Part shown: positions 22,047 to 34,513 of the stretch, piece after piece | Layout: the number at the start of each line of letters is the position of its first letter | Numbering within the stretch: position 1 is the stretch's first letter | NCBI GenBank assembly: GCA_038087875.1 | Contig: CM075978.1 | Coordinates: forward strand, 94,488,001 to 94,552,000 | DNA length: 64,000 nucleotides | Source of the DNA: Malacoraja senta | Lineage: Eukaryota | Direction: 5' to 3' | Made by a program: the position numbers and the translations under genes | The notes under the pieces: model-generated | Told to the model about the DNA's origin: nothing | Seen by the model: only the letters and a program-made list of their open reading frames with translations | The model's database searches: none

Positions 22047-22370
22047 TTTAGTTTCGTTTAGTTTGGAGTTACAGCATGGAAACAGGCCCTTCAACCCACC
22101 GAGTCCACGCCGACCAGCGATTCCAGCACACTGACACTATCCTATACACACTAGGGCCAATTTACACTTATACCAAGACAATTAACCTACAAGCCTGAGC
22201 GTCTTAGGTGTATGGGAGGAAACCGAACATCTCGGAGATATCCCACGCGGTCACGGTGAGAACATACAAACTCCATACAGACAGTGCCTGGAGTCGGGAT
22301 AGAACCTGGGTCTCTGGCGTTGCAAGTGCTGTATGGCAGCAACTCTACCGCTGCGCCACCATGCTGCCCT
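22047..22370 (-). mobile_element. HE1-type V-SINE
   Basis: Full head-to-tail match to the other copies. Confidence 0.9.
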
Positions 22371-22537
22371 TAATTATTCTTAATTATTCCCATTAAATCT
22401 TCCTGATATCTCAAATGGTTTCTGATATAAAGATATTGCCTTGTGAACTTACGTTTGATATTGATATCTTTAGACAGCTGAGAGCAAGACCCACAAGGTT
22501 GGTCTGAAGAAAGGGCATTGGTTGGTGATGGATAATT

Positions 22538-22790
22538 TTGATTTGATTTGATTTATTTCTTGTCATTTGAACCTCAAAGAGGCTCAAACGAAACTCTGTT
22601 TCCACAGCCATACAAACAAAACAATTCCTACAAGACACACAAACAATTCAATTTACAGAAAAACATCCATCACAGTGAATCTCCTCCTCACTGTGATGGA
22701 AGGCAAAGTCTTTTCTCTCCCCTGCCCCATTTTTCTCCCGATGTTGAAGCCCTAGGCGGGCAATGTTAAGTCCCACGGCCGTTAGCGCAG
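22538..22790 (-). mobile_element. 3' part of the hairpin SINE-like family
   Basis: Perfect TCCATCACAGTGA/TCACTGTGATGGA stem; (AAATC)n tail. Confidence 0.6.
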
Positions 22791-22991
22791 AACCATTGAT
22801 TAAATGGAGATATCTCAGAGGGAAGTCCATTTGGATGAGAGGCTCTCGAAAAGAATTGAAAGCTAAAGGAGGTGACAAGCAATATTGCTCATTCTCCTTT
22901 GTTCTCACTGTTCAGATGCAGTTGAAAATTCAGACTCACCCTCGCGATGAGAGATATGCAGCACAGCTCCTCCAGGCAGCATTGGACATAC

Positions 22992-23137
22992 TGTGTAGGA
23001 AGGAACAGCAAATGCTGTTTTAAACCGAAGATAAACACAAAATGCTGGAGTAACTCAGCGGGACAGGTAGCATTTCTGGGGAGAAGCAATGGGTGACGTT
23101 TCGGGTCAAGACCCTTCTTCAGACTGAGAGTCAGGGG
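22992..23137 (-). mobile_element. Penelope pLTR fragment
   Basis: Matches 13455-13560 in reverse. Confidence 0.8.
23095..23122 (-). ncRNA. minimal type I hammerhead ribozyme motif (Penelope-associated)
   Basis: CUGAAGA-A-GGGU(CUUG)ACCC-GAAAC-GUC. Confidence 0.65.
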
Positions 23138-23165
23138 CCCTTGGATGTACAGTGTTGCTTTCGTT

Positions 23166-23432
23166 TTTTAGTTTTAGTTTTTAGTTTGAGAGACACAGCT
23201 TGGAAACAGGCCCTCCGGCCCATCGAGTCCATGCCGACCTGTGATCCCACACACTCGTTCTATCCTACAAATGTAGAAGAATATATACATAGAAGCCAAT
23301 TAACCTACAAACTTGTGCGTCTTTAGCATGTGGGAGGAAACGCACGCCGTCACGGAGAGAATGTACAAACTCCGTATAGACAACAGCCGTAGTCAGGATT
23401 GATCCTGGGTTTCTGCCGCTTTAAAGCAGCAA
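23166..23432 (-). mobile_element. HE1-type V-SINE (partial)
   Basis: Tail, V-domain and B box present. Confidence 0.8.
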
Positions 23433-24214
23433 CCAAGCACTTTACAACTTGGTGAGGCTTCTGGTCGAGACCCTTTGATCAGTCTGAAGAAGTGTCTCGA
23501 CCTGAAATGTCACATATTCCGTCTCTCCAGAGATTCTGCCTGTCCAGCTGAGTTACTCCAGCATTTTGTATCTAACTTCAATTTAAGCCAGCATCTGCAG
23601 TTCCTTCCTATGGAGAAAGTTTTTTTTTTAACCTGGTGTTTAAACTTACTCAAAGTAATAGTGTACAACCTCTTTGCCTTGAGGCCCAGATTTGCAATTC
23701 TAATCACTTCTGATATCCACTCACATAAAACATGTTTTATTTCAACTATTCATAACCAGATAATGATACTTTTAGTCACTTACATGAAGACACAAGCTCT
23801 AAAGTTTATTGCCAGCCTAGTTTATGTTTACATGGCTACCAAATAACAAGCTAATAATGGTTTCCTTATTTAAAATGAAGTGACATTTTAATGTATTTGA
23901 CAGCATTATTGCTTTCAGTCATTTTTAGATCCTTTACTAATCCTCAAGACCTAGCAAGATACTTTTTTTGTCATGACAAGGTTGGGGAGGAGACAGATTT
24001 TATAATATGCAATTCCTGCAAAACTTTGAGAATAGAGATATTTCATTTATTTCTTTTTTACTTTTGGAACCTGCATCTGTGCACGTGGTAGAAAGTGTCT
24101 ACAAGTACAGCCTGAAACTATTTTATAAAAGAGGAAAAGGTTTGGAAGTTAATGGAAATTTTATTTCCAATTGTGATGGTGTAATTGAAAGTGCATGCGT
24201 AACACCGTGGTTTA

Positions 24215-25053
24215 CTTTACTTTAGACCTTAGGGACAAAACGTGGAAACAAGCCCTTCGACCCACCGAATCGGCTCCGTCCAGTGATCACCCCGTACACT
24301 ATCCTACACACAAGGGACAACTTACAGTTTTACAGATACCAATTAAAGGTTTCAAAGGTCTTTTATTGTCACATGTACCAATTAAGGTACAGTGATATGC
24401 GAATTACCATACTGCCATACGAAAGAAAAAAGCAACATGACACACAACTACATAAAAGTTAAGATAAACATCCACTACAGTGGATTCCCCACATTCCCCA
24501 CTGTGATGGAAGGCAAAAAAGTCCAAACTTCTTCCTCTTTATTCTCCCGTGGTCGGGCAGTTGAACCATCCATCTGGGCGATCAAAGCTCCCGCAGCTGG
24601 CGGTCGAAGCTCCCGTGTCGGGGCGATCGATGCTCCCGTGTCGGGGCGATCGAAGCTCCCGTGTCGGAGCGATCGAAGGTCCCACGTCAGGGCGATCAAA
24701 ACTCCCGCGTTGGGGCGGTCGAAGCTCCTGCGGCTTGGAGTTCCCGAAGTCGGTCTCTAACTAGAGACCACGAGCACCGTGATGTTACTGTAAGTCTGCA
24801 AGCACCCATGGGTGGAACTCTGAGGTCGATCCCTGGCAAAGGGATCGCAGGCTCTGTGATGGTAAGTCCACAGGTACCATAGTATAACCCGCACATATAT
24901 CAAGTGTGGGTGGAAACCGGAGCACCCGGTGAAAACCCACGCGGTCACATGGAGAACGTACAAACTCTGTACAGACAGCACCTGTAGTCAGGATCTAACC
25001 CAGTTCTCTGGTGCTGTAAAGCAGCAACTCTACCGCTGCACCACCTTGCCACC
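24215..25053 (-). mobile_element. HE1-type V-SINE interrupted by a hairpin SINE-like element (24346-24892)
   Basis: SINE tail at 24215-24345, head at 24900-25053. Confidence 0.8.
24346..24892 (-). mobile_element. hairpin SINE-like element with a ~22-bp GC-rich minisatellite (24575-24730)
   Basis: GTGACAATAAAAGACCTTTG tail, hairpin box, GGGCGATCGAAGCTCCCGTGTC-like repeats. Confidence 0.65.
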
Positions 25054-25737
25054 CTACTGAAACAAAGAATTTTGACTCTCAACCTCTCCCATACAATAAT
25101 CCACATTTTGAGTTTTTTTCATGTTTTTCTTTCTTGCCTAGTTACTTGTCTGACTACAAGGAACACTTGGGTAGGAAGGAACTGCAGATGCTTGTTTAAA
25201 TCGAAGATAGACACAAAATGCTGGAGTAACTCAGCAGGGACAGGCAGCATCTCTGGAGAGAAGAAATGAATAACACATAATCAAAATTTAAGATTTTGCA
25301 AATCATTCAACTGATAAAATTATCACTTGCTGAATTTCAGTTCACCTTCTTCTTCTTCCTCTTCCATGTCCATCTTCCATGTTTCAAATGTTGACATCGC
25401 TGTCATCGTCCGTCCTGAAAAGGGCGCAAGCTTCTGGCGACAATCAGTGGGATCCATCACTTGTTGCAATAGATGATGGTGGTAGCAGAATTTGCTCGGG
25501 ATACTTCCAGTTTCCAGCCCCGCGACATGGACACTTTTGCTAAGGTGCCTCAATTCACCTGAAATACTGAAAGCATTTCCCACCAGTCTCCCCACCAGTG
25601 TCATTGTTGCAACTTGCAGGTGCAGTTACAAAGCAAAAGACTGCTCCCTTTGAGAACAGGAAATTAAAACAGAAAATTATGGAAATAATCTTTAAGTCTG
25701 CAGAGGGAGATAGAGAATCAATGCGTAGGAAGGAGTT

Positions 25738-25936
25738 ATGAGTTAGATATAGCTCTTAGGGCTAACAGAATGAGTTAGATATAACTCTTAGGGTTAACGG
25801 AAACAAGGGATGTGGGGAGAAAGCAGGAACGGGGTACCGATCTTGAATGATCAGCCATGATCATATTGAATGGCAGTGCTGGCTCGAAAGGCAGAATGGC
25901 CTACTCCTGCACCTATTTTCTATATTTCTATGTTTC
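25738..25936 (+). mobile_element. CR1 3' end with a 32-bp internal tandem duplication
   Basis: GAGTTAGATATA.CTCTTAGGG occurs twice; tail TTTCTATGTTTCT. Confidence 0.8.
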
Positions 25937-27045
25937 TGTGAAGGAACTGCAGATGCTGGTTTAAACTGGAGAGAAACATAAAAAGCTGGAGTAACGGGTC
26001 AGACAGCATCTCTGGAGAAAGGAATAGGTGATGATTTGATCAAGACCCTTCTTCAGACTGAGAGTCAGGGGAAAGGGAAACAAGATCGGTAGTAAAGAAA
26101 GCAAACTCAATGCTCGCATTTATTTCAAGAGGGCTTGTATACAAAAACAGTCATGTAATGTTGAGGCCCTATAAGGCACTGGTCAGGCCGCATTTGGAAT
26201 ATTGTGAGCAATTTTGGGCACCATATCTGAGGAAGGTGTCGATGTGGAGACAGTGTAGGAATAGAGGTCATAGCCTCATAATTAAAGGACATTCTGTAAG
26301 GAAGGAGATGAGAGAAATATCTTTTGTCAGAGGGTGGTGATTCTATGGAATTCTGCCACAGAAGGCTGTGGAGGCCAAGTCCGTGGATATTTTAAAGTCA
26401 GAGATAGATAGATTCTTGTGTTAAAGAAGGAACTGCAGATGCTGGAAAATCGAAGGTACACAAAAATGCTGGAGAAACTCAGCGGGTGCTGCTGCACCCG
26501 CTGAGTTTCTCCAGCATTTTTGTGTACCATAGATAGATTCTTGATTAGTACACGTGCCAGGGGGTATGGGGAGAAGGCAGGAGAATGGGGTTAGGAGGGA
26601 GAGATGGATCAGCCATGACTGAATGGCGGAGTAGACTTGATGGGCCGAATAGCCTAATTCTACTATTTTTCCTTATGACCTTAAGAGATATGAAAAGGTA
26701 CAAAGAAACAAATGAATGAAAGGTATGCAAAAGGACAAATCATAGCCAGCAAGGGTGAACAAGGAAAGGTGGAGCCCACAATGGTCCATTGTTGGCTGTC
26801 GAGCAGGTGACAATCAGTAATACTAACAATGAAACTAAGCAGGACGACAGTGAAACTAGTACGACGACTAGGGTCCGGGAGGGACAGGGAAAGCGAGGAT
26901 GCAAGGGTTCCTGGAAGTTAGAGAAATCAATATTCATACCGCTAGGCTCTAAGCTGCCCAAACAACATATGAGATGCTGATCCTCCAATTTGCATTTGGC
27001 CTCAGTCTGAGGAGGCCAAGGACAGAAATGTCAGTGTGGGAATGG
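25937..27045 (-). mobile_element. Penelope 3' end interrupted by CR1 (+, ~26087-26683), itself interrupted by a Penelope hairpin insertion (26419-26528)
   Basis: EDQHLICCLGSLEPSGMNIDFSNF on minus; CR1 LAFISRG..LVRPHLEYCEQFWAPY; inner TSD ATAGATAGATTCTTG. Confidence 0.8.
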
Positions 27046-27240
27046 TATCCTCTGCCAAGTGACTCGTAGCCTTGCACCTCAAAGTCTTTCCACGATCTCC
27101 AAAGAGTGTGATGGAATATTTGTCACTAGCCTGGATGACTGCAGCTCCAACCTCAAGAAGCTCAACGCCATCTATTTGCAATCCATTAATCACTCTGAAC
27201 ATTAATTCTATTCAATGTACTGTGAGACATCTACAAAATG

Positions 27241-27560
27241 TAGTTTAGTTTAGTTAGAGCTACAGCGAGGAAACAGGCCCTTCGGCCCACCGAGTCCGCA
27301 CCGACCAGCGATCGCCACACAGTAACGCTATCCTAAACACAGTAGGAACAATTTACACTTTTTCCAAGCCAATCAACGTACAACCTGTGCGTCTTTGGAG
27401 TGTGGGAGGAAACCGATGATCACAGAGAAAACCCACACGGTCAAGTGTAGAATGTACAAAGTCCGTACAGACAGAACCTGTAGTCGGGATCGAACCCGGG
27501 TCTCTGGCGCTGCAAGAGCTGTAGGGTAGCAACTTGACCGTTACACCATCTTGCCGCCCC
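27241..27560 (-). mobile_element. HE1-type V-SINE
   Basis: Full-length match. Confidence 0.9.
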
Positions 27561-27782
27561 TGCAATGCCCTGCAATTTCTCACCCAAAGCACCTGCTGAG
27601 GCTAATGACCTCTCTCCCATCTGCAGGTTCCATGGGACTGAGATAAACATCTAGTCGGCTGGATGTGAACTTCTGCCCATATGTTGTACAGCCTGGATTG
27701 GAATTATAATTTTTGAAGGCACTTGTGGAGAAACTGGCATTCACTACCCAGACTGAAAAATCCAGGTTACATGACAATTTAT

Positions 27783-28103
27783 GGGTGGCATAATGGCACA
27801 GTGGCAGAGTTGCTGCCTTACAGTGTTTGCAGCGCCGGAGACCCAGGTTCGATCCTGACTACGGGTGCTAATGTTTGTACGTTCTCCCCGTGACTGCTTG
27901 GGTTTACTCCGAGATCTTTGGTTTCCTCCCACACTCCAAAGGCGTACAGATTTGTAGGTTAATTGACTTCGGTAAAAAAATCATAAATTGTCCCTAGTGT
28001 GTAGGATTGTGCTAGTGTACGAGTTGATCGCTGGTCGGCGTGGACACGGTAGGCCCTAGGGCCTGTTTCCACACTATATCTCTAAAGCCTAAAGTAAAGT
28101 TAA
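27783..28103 (+). mobile_element. HE1-type V-SINE
   Basis: Full-length match. Confidence 0.9.
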
Positions 28104-28708
28104 ATTCCAGGTGAAGACCCACATGGCCTGCAGATCCAAAGGGTAATTTTATTGATCATTTCTTTCCAAAAGGCCTTCCCCGACTATACGAAAATCGACA
28201 TGAAAGCAAGCAGGTGCTCAGGGCTTGTTCGAGTAATGTTTCAAATCATGGAATAAGTCAACAGGATAAGGATTAAAGATTCCAAACACTGGAAAAGACT
28301 GAAAAAACTGCAGCTGTGTGGCACTGATTTTCAATCTGCTAAAACAACATTGGCTTTGTTGAATCGCTAAGCCAACAGTGTTCAGAACAAGCAGCACCGG
28401 TAAACTGAGCAAAGCAGTCCTGGCCTTTACTGTGGAAACGAGGAAGTTTATCGACAAGGTTAGTCTGATAAAACAACAAACCCACTGACCTGCAATAGAT
28501 ACCAGAGATTAAACCACCCATGGGAATTAGACATTCTGTAACTGTTAACATACTCCTGATGAAAAGAAAGATGTTTCAGATGCATCAACCTGCAACATAT
28601 CAGCACTCACCAGACCGTTAGCAATTTCTACACCCGGTACTGCAATGAAATTCGATGCAAAAGCTAATTTATACTTGATGTTGAGAAAACTCAGTGGATA
28701 ATTTTTGA

Positions 28709-29027
28709 TTAGTTTAGTTTAGAGATTAGTTTAGTTTAGAGTTTAGAGGGGAAACAGGCCCTTCGGCCCACCATGTCCACACCGACCAGCGATCCCCGCA
28801 AACTAACACTACACACACTAGGGACAATTTACATTTATACCAAGCCCATTAACCTGCAAACCTGTACGTCTTTGGAGTGTGGGAGGAAACCAAAGATCTC
28901 GGAGAAAACCCACGCGGTCACGGGGAGAACGTACAAACTCCGCACAGACAGCGACCCGTAGTCGGGATCGAACTCGCGACCCTGGCTGTAAGGCAGTAAC
29001 TCTACTGCTGCGCCACTGTGCCGCCAC
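28709..29027 (-). mobile_element. HE1-type V-SINE
   Basis: Full-length match. Confidence 0.9.
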
Positions 29028-29814
29028 TTGATAATATGGAGCTTCTCTGTCTAAAACATTGTGTGCATTAAATGATTTAATGATACTTTCTTGTCACATG
29101 GACAGTGAAGTGAAATGCTTTGTTTTACATATCGCCTGGTAAAATCAGGTAGCAGACCTCACCTAGGCAGTATACAAGTGCCGCCACGTTTTGGTGCCGA
29201 CATTGTTACGCAGGTTCACTGAACAGTCCGGTATACTGCCTGCCGCCATACGTGGCAACAGGCTTTCCCCCCCTACCAACCACATCCTCCCCCCCTTCCC
29301 GCCACGGGTTCCGTTTTGTTCCTACCATTGACCCTTACCTTGTGTTGTCCAGACTGCCACTATTATAATAACTACTGGCTACTATTTTGCCAGCCTAATT
29401 TTATATATGCACAAAGTGGTTCAAATCATCTGAAGAAGGGTCCCAACCCGAAACGTCAGCTATCCATGTCTTTCCAGAGATGCTGCCTGATCCATTGGGT
29501 TACTCCAGCAATTCATCGGATTGTATGCAAAAAACAAAGAATTTCACTGTGACAATAAAGTATAATTGAATCATTGATTTGAATTAAATCATTGAATTAT
29601 TGTGTACTTTTGTGTAAACCAACATCTGCAGTACCTTATCCAAATAGCATCCAGTGGCATGCATCTGAAATATATTTTGTACCTGATACACCATCTTGGA
29701 ATAATCAATAGATGTAATTTTAATGTGTTCACCTCCTTTCCAACAGGTATTGAATTGATTGAAATGAATTGAATTGCACATGTGACAAGTCACAGTGAAA
29801 TTGTGTGATAATTG

Positions 29815-30057
29815 TGTCACAAAGAGAGTTGTGAGTCTGTGGAATTCTTCGCCTCAGAGGGCGGTGGAGGCCGGTTCTCTAGATACTTTCAAGAGAGAGC
29901 TAGATAGGGCTCTTAAAGATAGTGGAGTCAGGGGATATGGGGAGAAGGCAGGAACGGGGTACTGATTGGGGATGATCAGCCATGATCACATTGAATGGCA
30001 GTGCTGGCTCAAAGGGCTGAATGGCCTACTCCTGCACCTATTGTCTATTGTCTATTG
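29815..30057 (+). mobile_element. CR1 3' end nested in a minus-strand SINE-like element (~29745-30420)
   Basis: RVVSLWNS..RAVEAG..FKRELDRAL; (CTATTGT)n tail. Confidence 0.8.
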
Positions 30058-30860
30058 AAATTCTTTCCTTGCATTCCTTGCCAAGGTATGCAAATAGTCA
30101 CCCGTAAAGGGCCCTTACAAATTTACAAATTTACCACCCCCCTCCCTAACGGCTAGTCCCCCCCATGCCGGGTCCTCCATTGTTTCTTCCCCGGCAGCGG
30201 CATGCTCACTTCCACATGTCCTTCCTCATACGTCGGTCGGCGCCATCATCGACCGCCGCAACGACCTCTCAACTAAAGCAGCCGGGTCATCTCCGAACGC
30301 CTCCATGGCACCGACCCAGGCCCCAGCCGCGGGCTCCGTTGACCCAGGAGCCGTTGGCCATGGGCCCCATCCACCTCCGACCCGCGGTGCTCCACCGCTA
30401 GGCACCACCGCTGGTAGCTGCTGCAAAGATGCAAGCGCTGTCCCTTGTCCATTCTGTAGCCTTCTCTGCATAACCCCTGACACCGGTACTAATCAAGAAT
30501 CTGCCAATCTGCGCCTTACAAATAGCCAATGACTTGGCCTCCACAGCAGTCTGTGGCAATGAATTCTACAGATTCACCACCCTCTGACTAAAGAAATTCC
30601 TCCTCATTACTTAGCCACATTCACTCCAGGTGGTCAAAGAACAGCCTCATCAATCTCTCCTTGTAACTCAAACCATTCAGACAGTAACATCCTTTTAAAT
30701 AATTTTTGCTCACTTTCCAGTTTATTGACTTTCCCACTGCAGGGTGACTAGATCTATAGAAAGTATAGTATCATCCAAATACTTCAAAACAGCAACAGCA
30801 TCCACCTATATCACTGCCTCAGACAGAGTATTCTCGATTCCAAACAAACCTATCATCCTA

Positions 30861-31278
30861 TGTGTAGGAAGGAACTGCAGATACTGGTTTAAATCAAAGA
30901 TGGACACAAAATGCTGGAATAACTTAGCGGAACAGGCAGCATCTCTGGAGAGAAGTCAGAGGGTGGTGAATCTGTGGAATTCTTTGCCAGAGAAGACTGT
31001 GGAGGCAAAGTCATTGCATATTTTTAAGGCAGAGATGGATAGTACAGGTGTCAGAGGTTATCGGGAGAAGGCAGGGGAATGGGGTCCGGAGGCAGAGATA
31101 GATCAGCCATGATTGAATGACAGAGTAGACTTGATGGGCCGAATGGCCTAATACTATCCTATCACTTCCCTTATGACTTAATTGGTGTCGTTTCGGGTCT
31201 CAACCCGAAATATCACCCATTCCTTCTCTCCAGATGCTGCCTGTCCCTCTGTTACTCCAGCATGTTGTGTCTAACTTC
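30861..31278. mobile_element. Penelope palindromic insertion interrupted by a CR1 3' end (30955-31180)
   Basis: Inverted pLTR arms; TSD TCATCCTA. Confidence 0.75.
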
Positions 31279-31317
31279 TCATCCTAATTCAGTAACCAAT
31301 GTAAAAACATTTACATT

Positions 31318-31780
31318 GCGGACACGGCCCAGATCATCACACAAACCAACCTCCCTTCCATTAACTCCATCTTCTTTTAACGCTGCCTCAGCAAGGTCAC
31401 CAGAATAATCAAGGACGTCTCACCCCGGTCACTCACTCTTCTCCCCTCTGCCTTCAGCCAAGAGTTATGGAATTGTGAAAAAGCTTATTCAGGGACAGTT
31501 TCTTCCCAGTTGTTATCAGACAACTGTGCCATCCTATCAACAACTGGAGAGCGGTCCTGAGCTACCATCTACCTCACTGGAGACACTCAAACTATCTTTA
31601 ATCGGACTTTATTGAACTTTATCGTGCACTAAACATTATTCCCTTTATCATGTATCTATACACTGTGGATGGCTCGATTGTAATCATGTATAACCTTAGT
31701 CTTTTCACTGACTGGTTAGCATACAACAAGAGCTTTTCACTGTACCTCAGTGCATGTGACAATAAACTAAACCAAACTAA
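31318..31780 (+). mobile_element. Rex-Babar 3' fragment
   Basis: Homologous to 1966-2555; GTGACAATAAACTAAAC tail. Confidence 0.8.
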
Positions 31781-31783
31781 AGC

Positions 31784-32070
31784 AGAAGATAGACACAAAT
31801 TGCTGGAGTAACTCAGTGGGACAGGCAGCATCTCTGGAGAGAAGGAATGGGTGACGTTTCGGGTCAACCAAAACATCACCCATTCTTTCTCTCCAGAGAT
31901 GCTGCCTGTCCCACTGAGTTACTCCAGCATTTTGTGTCTATCTTCAATGTAGAGTATAGACGTATTGAGAGCCAGTAAGGACATTTTGATTCTGGGTGAT
32001 AGCAACAACTGATATCGGATCAGCCATTGTATATTCGGTTTAAACCAGTATCTGCAGCTCATTTCTACAA
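31784..32070. mobile_element. Penelope palindromic fragment carrying an 87-bp copy of 1478-1568
   Basis: Direct sequence comparison (see findings). Confidence 0.8.
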
Positions 32071-32735
32071 TAAACTAATGCAGATGCTAGGGATTCAAAC
32101 ATGGCCATCCATGCGGCCTACAGGTTTTTCTGGTCATTATGTAAATTTTTTCTTCAAGCAGGTCGATTCCTCAAAACCATTCATTCTTAACTTCCATTTC
32201 ACGTGGCTTACATAAGATGGCCTCTTTGAGGGTTGTTCTTGAAAAGTCAACTTTAAGATAGTGGTCAAAGAGTACAGCTGTGGGAGTATAGATACAGAGC
32301 AAGCATTTGGGTTGGAGGCAAGATAAGTATCTGTGAGTTTAGCCAAATTGCATGACAATGAGAGTTAAAAGAAGGTTGATAAACAAGAGATATATCAACT
32401 AATTCCGTTTGAAAAAATGATTATAAAAGTGCATTACAAACAAATTTGCCAAAAAATGTCAAATAGATCTATAAATCCAATCGGTTTATAAATCCAATAT
32501 TCCTGGATAACTGTAGTTCATCATTATCAAGGTTGATAGGGCGACAGAGATAACAGGTGAATTCAGGGATGTGGGGGGGAATGGAATCGGGTGATAAGGA
32601 TAAAGGTATGTACCAAGAATGTCAGAGTGAATGCAAATACATATTTACCTTTTCATCAGATGTCAAATGGGGAAATGAAGGAAGAATTGTATCACAGACT
32701 GAAATGTAGGTTTTATTTAGAAATAGCCCCACATG

Positions 32736-33058
32736 GGGCGGCATGGTGGTGCAGTGGTAAAGTTGCTGCCTTACAGCGCTTACAGCGCCAGAGACCCGAC
32801 TTCGATACAGACTGCGGGTGCTGTCTGTACAGAGTCTGTACATTCTCCCCGTTACCGCATGGGCTTTCTCGGAGATCTTCAGTTTCCTCCCACGCTCCAA
32901 AGACATGTAGGTTAATTGGCTTGGTGTATGTGTAAATTGTCCCCAGTGTGTGTAGGATAGTGTTAATGTGCGGGGGTCGCTGGTAGTCACGGACTCGGAG
33001 GGCCGAAAGGCCTGTTTCCGCGCTGTATCTCTAAACTAAACTAAATACAAAACTAAAC
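32736..33058 (+). mobile_element. HE1-type V-SINE
   Basis: Full-length match. Confidence 0.9.
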
Positions 33059-33296
33059 ACAAAAGACGGAGCAATCAGAGGCAAAAATGCACATTCCAAG
33101 CAAATAGCAAGAGTAATACAAGAGTAGAATCTAAGAACAGGCAGGTGCATATTGAACCATTAACTTGTATGAAAATGATTCAAATGATAAAAATAAAAGA
33201 ATAAAAAAGAATAAAACATTAAAATAGTGTTATCAATTTAAATTAGATAGAATGTCCACCATTTTGTCTCACTGCTGTTTATTGAGATCATGGCTG

Positions 33297-33826
33297 CTTT
33301 ACAATCTGATCTCCCGGTTGCCAAACACTTTAACTCCCTTTCCCATTCCCACATGGACCTTTCTGTCCTGGGTCTCCACCAATGTCAGAATGAGGCCAAA
33401 CGCAAATTTGAGGAACAGCACCTCATATTTCACTTACAACCCAGCGGTATGAGTATTGATTTCTATAACTTCAAGTAACCCTTGCAAACCCTCTCTCTCC
33501 GTCCCTCCCCACCCAAGTCATTGTAGTGGCTTCGAAGTCATCTTGTTGAGTCTCATTGTAACTCATTTTCACCTAGACCACAGTTAACAATGGTCTGTCT
33601 CCTTTATCATCCTTACTTCTTTGCATACCTTTAATTAATTTGTTCTACTGTATATCTCCCTACATCACCATCTATATCTCCCATTTCCCTTTCCCCAACT
33701 CGCAATCTGAAGAAGGGCCTCGACCCGAAGCGTCACCTCTTCCTTTTCCCCAGAGATGCTTGTGTCTATCTCTGTTTTTGTTTCTATCTTTGCTTTAAAC
33801 CAGCATCTACAGTTCCTCCCAACACA
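33297..33826 (+). mobile_element. Penelope 3' end (GIY-YIG C-terminus plus pLTR)
   Basis: DLPVAKHFNSLSHSHMDLSVLGL...KRKFEEQHLIF..QPSGMSIDFYNFK*; CTGAAGAAGGG core at ~33707. Confidence 0.85.
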
Positions 33827-34513
33827 CTACAGTCTAACTTCATCTGCCCACTTTTGCTCAATGTCCCCAATACAAAAAAAATCTATTAGTCTCAGATTAA
33901 ATTAGCAATATAGAGAAAATAACCAAAACTTCTGGTTATTCTCTGGAAGTAAACATATTTTTAAATTTCAATCTTGAAGACTTCGCATGAACAAATATGC
34001 TTCATTCCCCTTGACTTAAACTCCACAACCCATGACACATGTTTCCTTGAACACATCAGATCTTGTTATGTGTTAAAAACTTTGATCAGATCATTCACAA
34101 ACCTGCTAAATTGCAGTACATAACACCACGTTAGTAAGTCATCTCCCCCCATTACTCGACCCTTGATTCCACTTATACAATACAGAGCAATAATGACACA
34201 GACTCACAGAGATTTAGCTTGAAGAATAAAGAATACTCCCTCTTTAATTGGAGCAAATTAATTTAATCCCATTTTCTTCATTTTTCATCCCTTGTCCTTT
34301 CACTATTATATCCCATTTCCTCACAAATAACACTCACAACCACAGACCAACAAGAACATTTAAGATTCCCATAACTGCCCCTTTAATGCAAGCAGCTGAC
34401 TCTTCGGTTAATCTAAATCTGAGAGTATATTGTATCATCATCGTCTTTCAGTTGAGATGGTAAATTGAGGCTCTACCAGCCCTTTCAGGTGAATGTAAAA
34501 AATTCCATTACTG

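Noticed and set aside
23095-23600. Retrozyme-like tandem hammerhead array
   Set aside because: Cores are dispersed or inverted and belong to Penelope ends; no head-to-tail ribozyme repeats were seen
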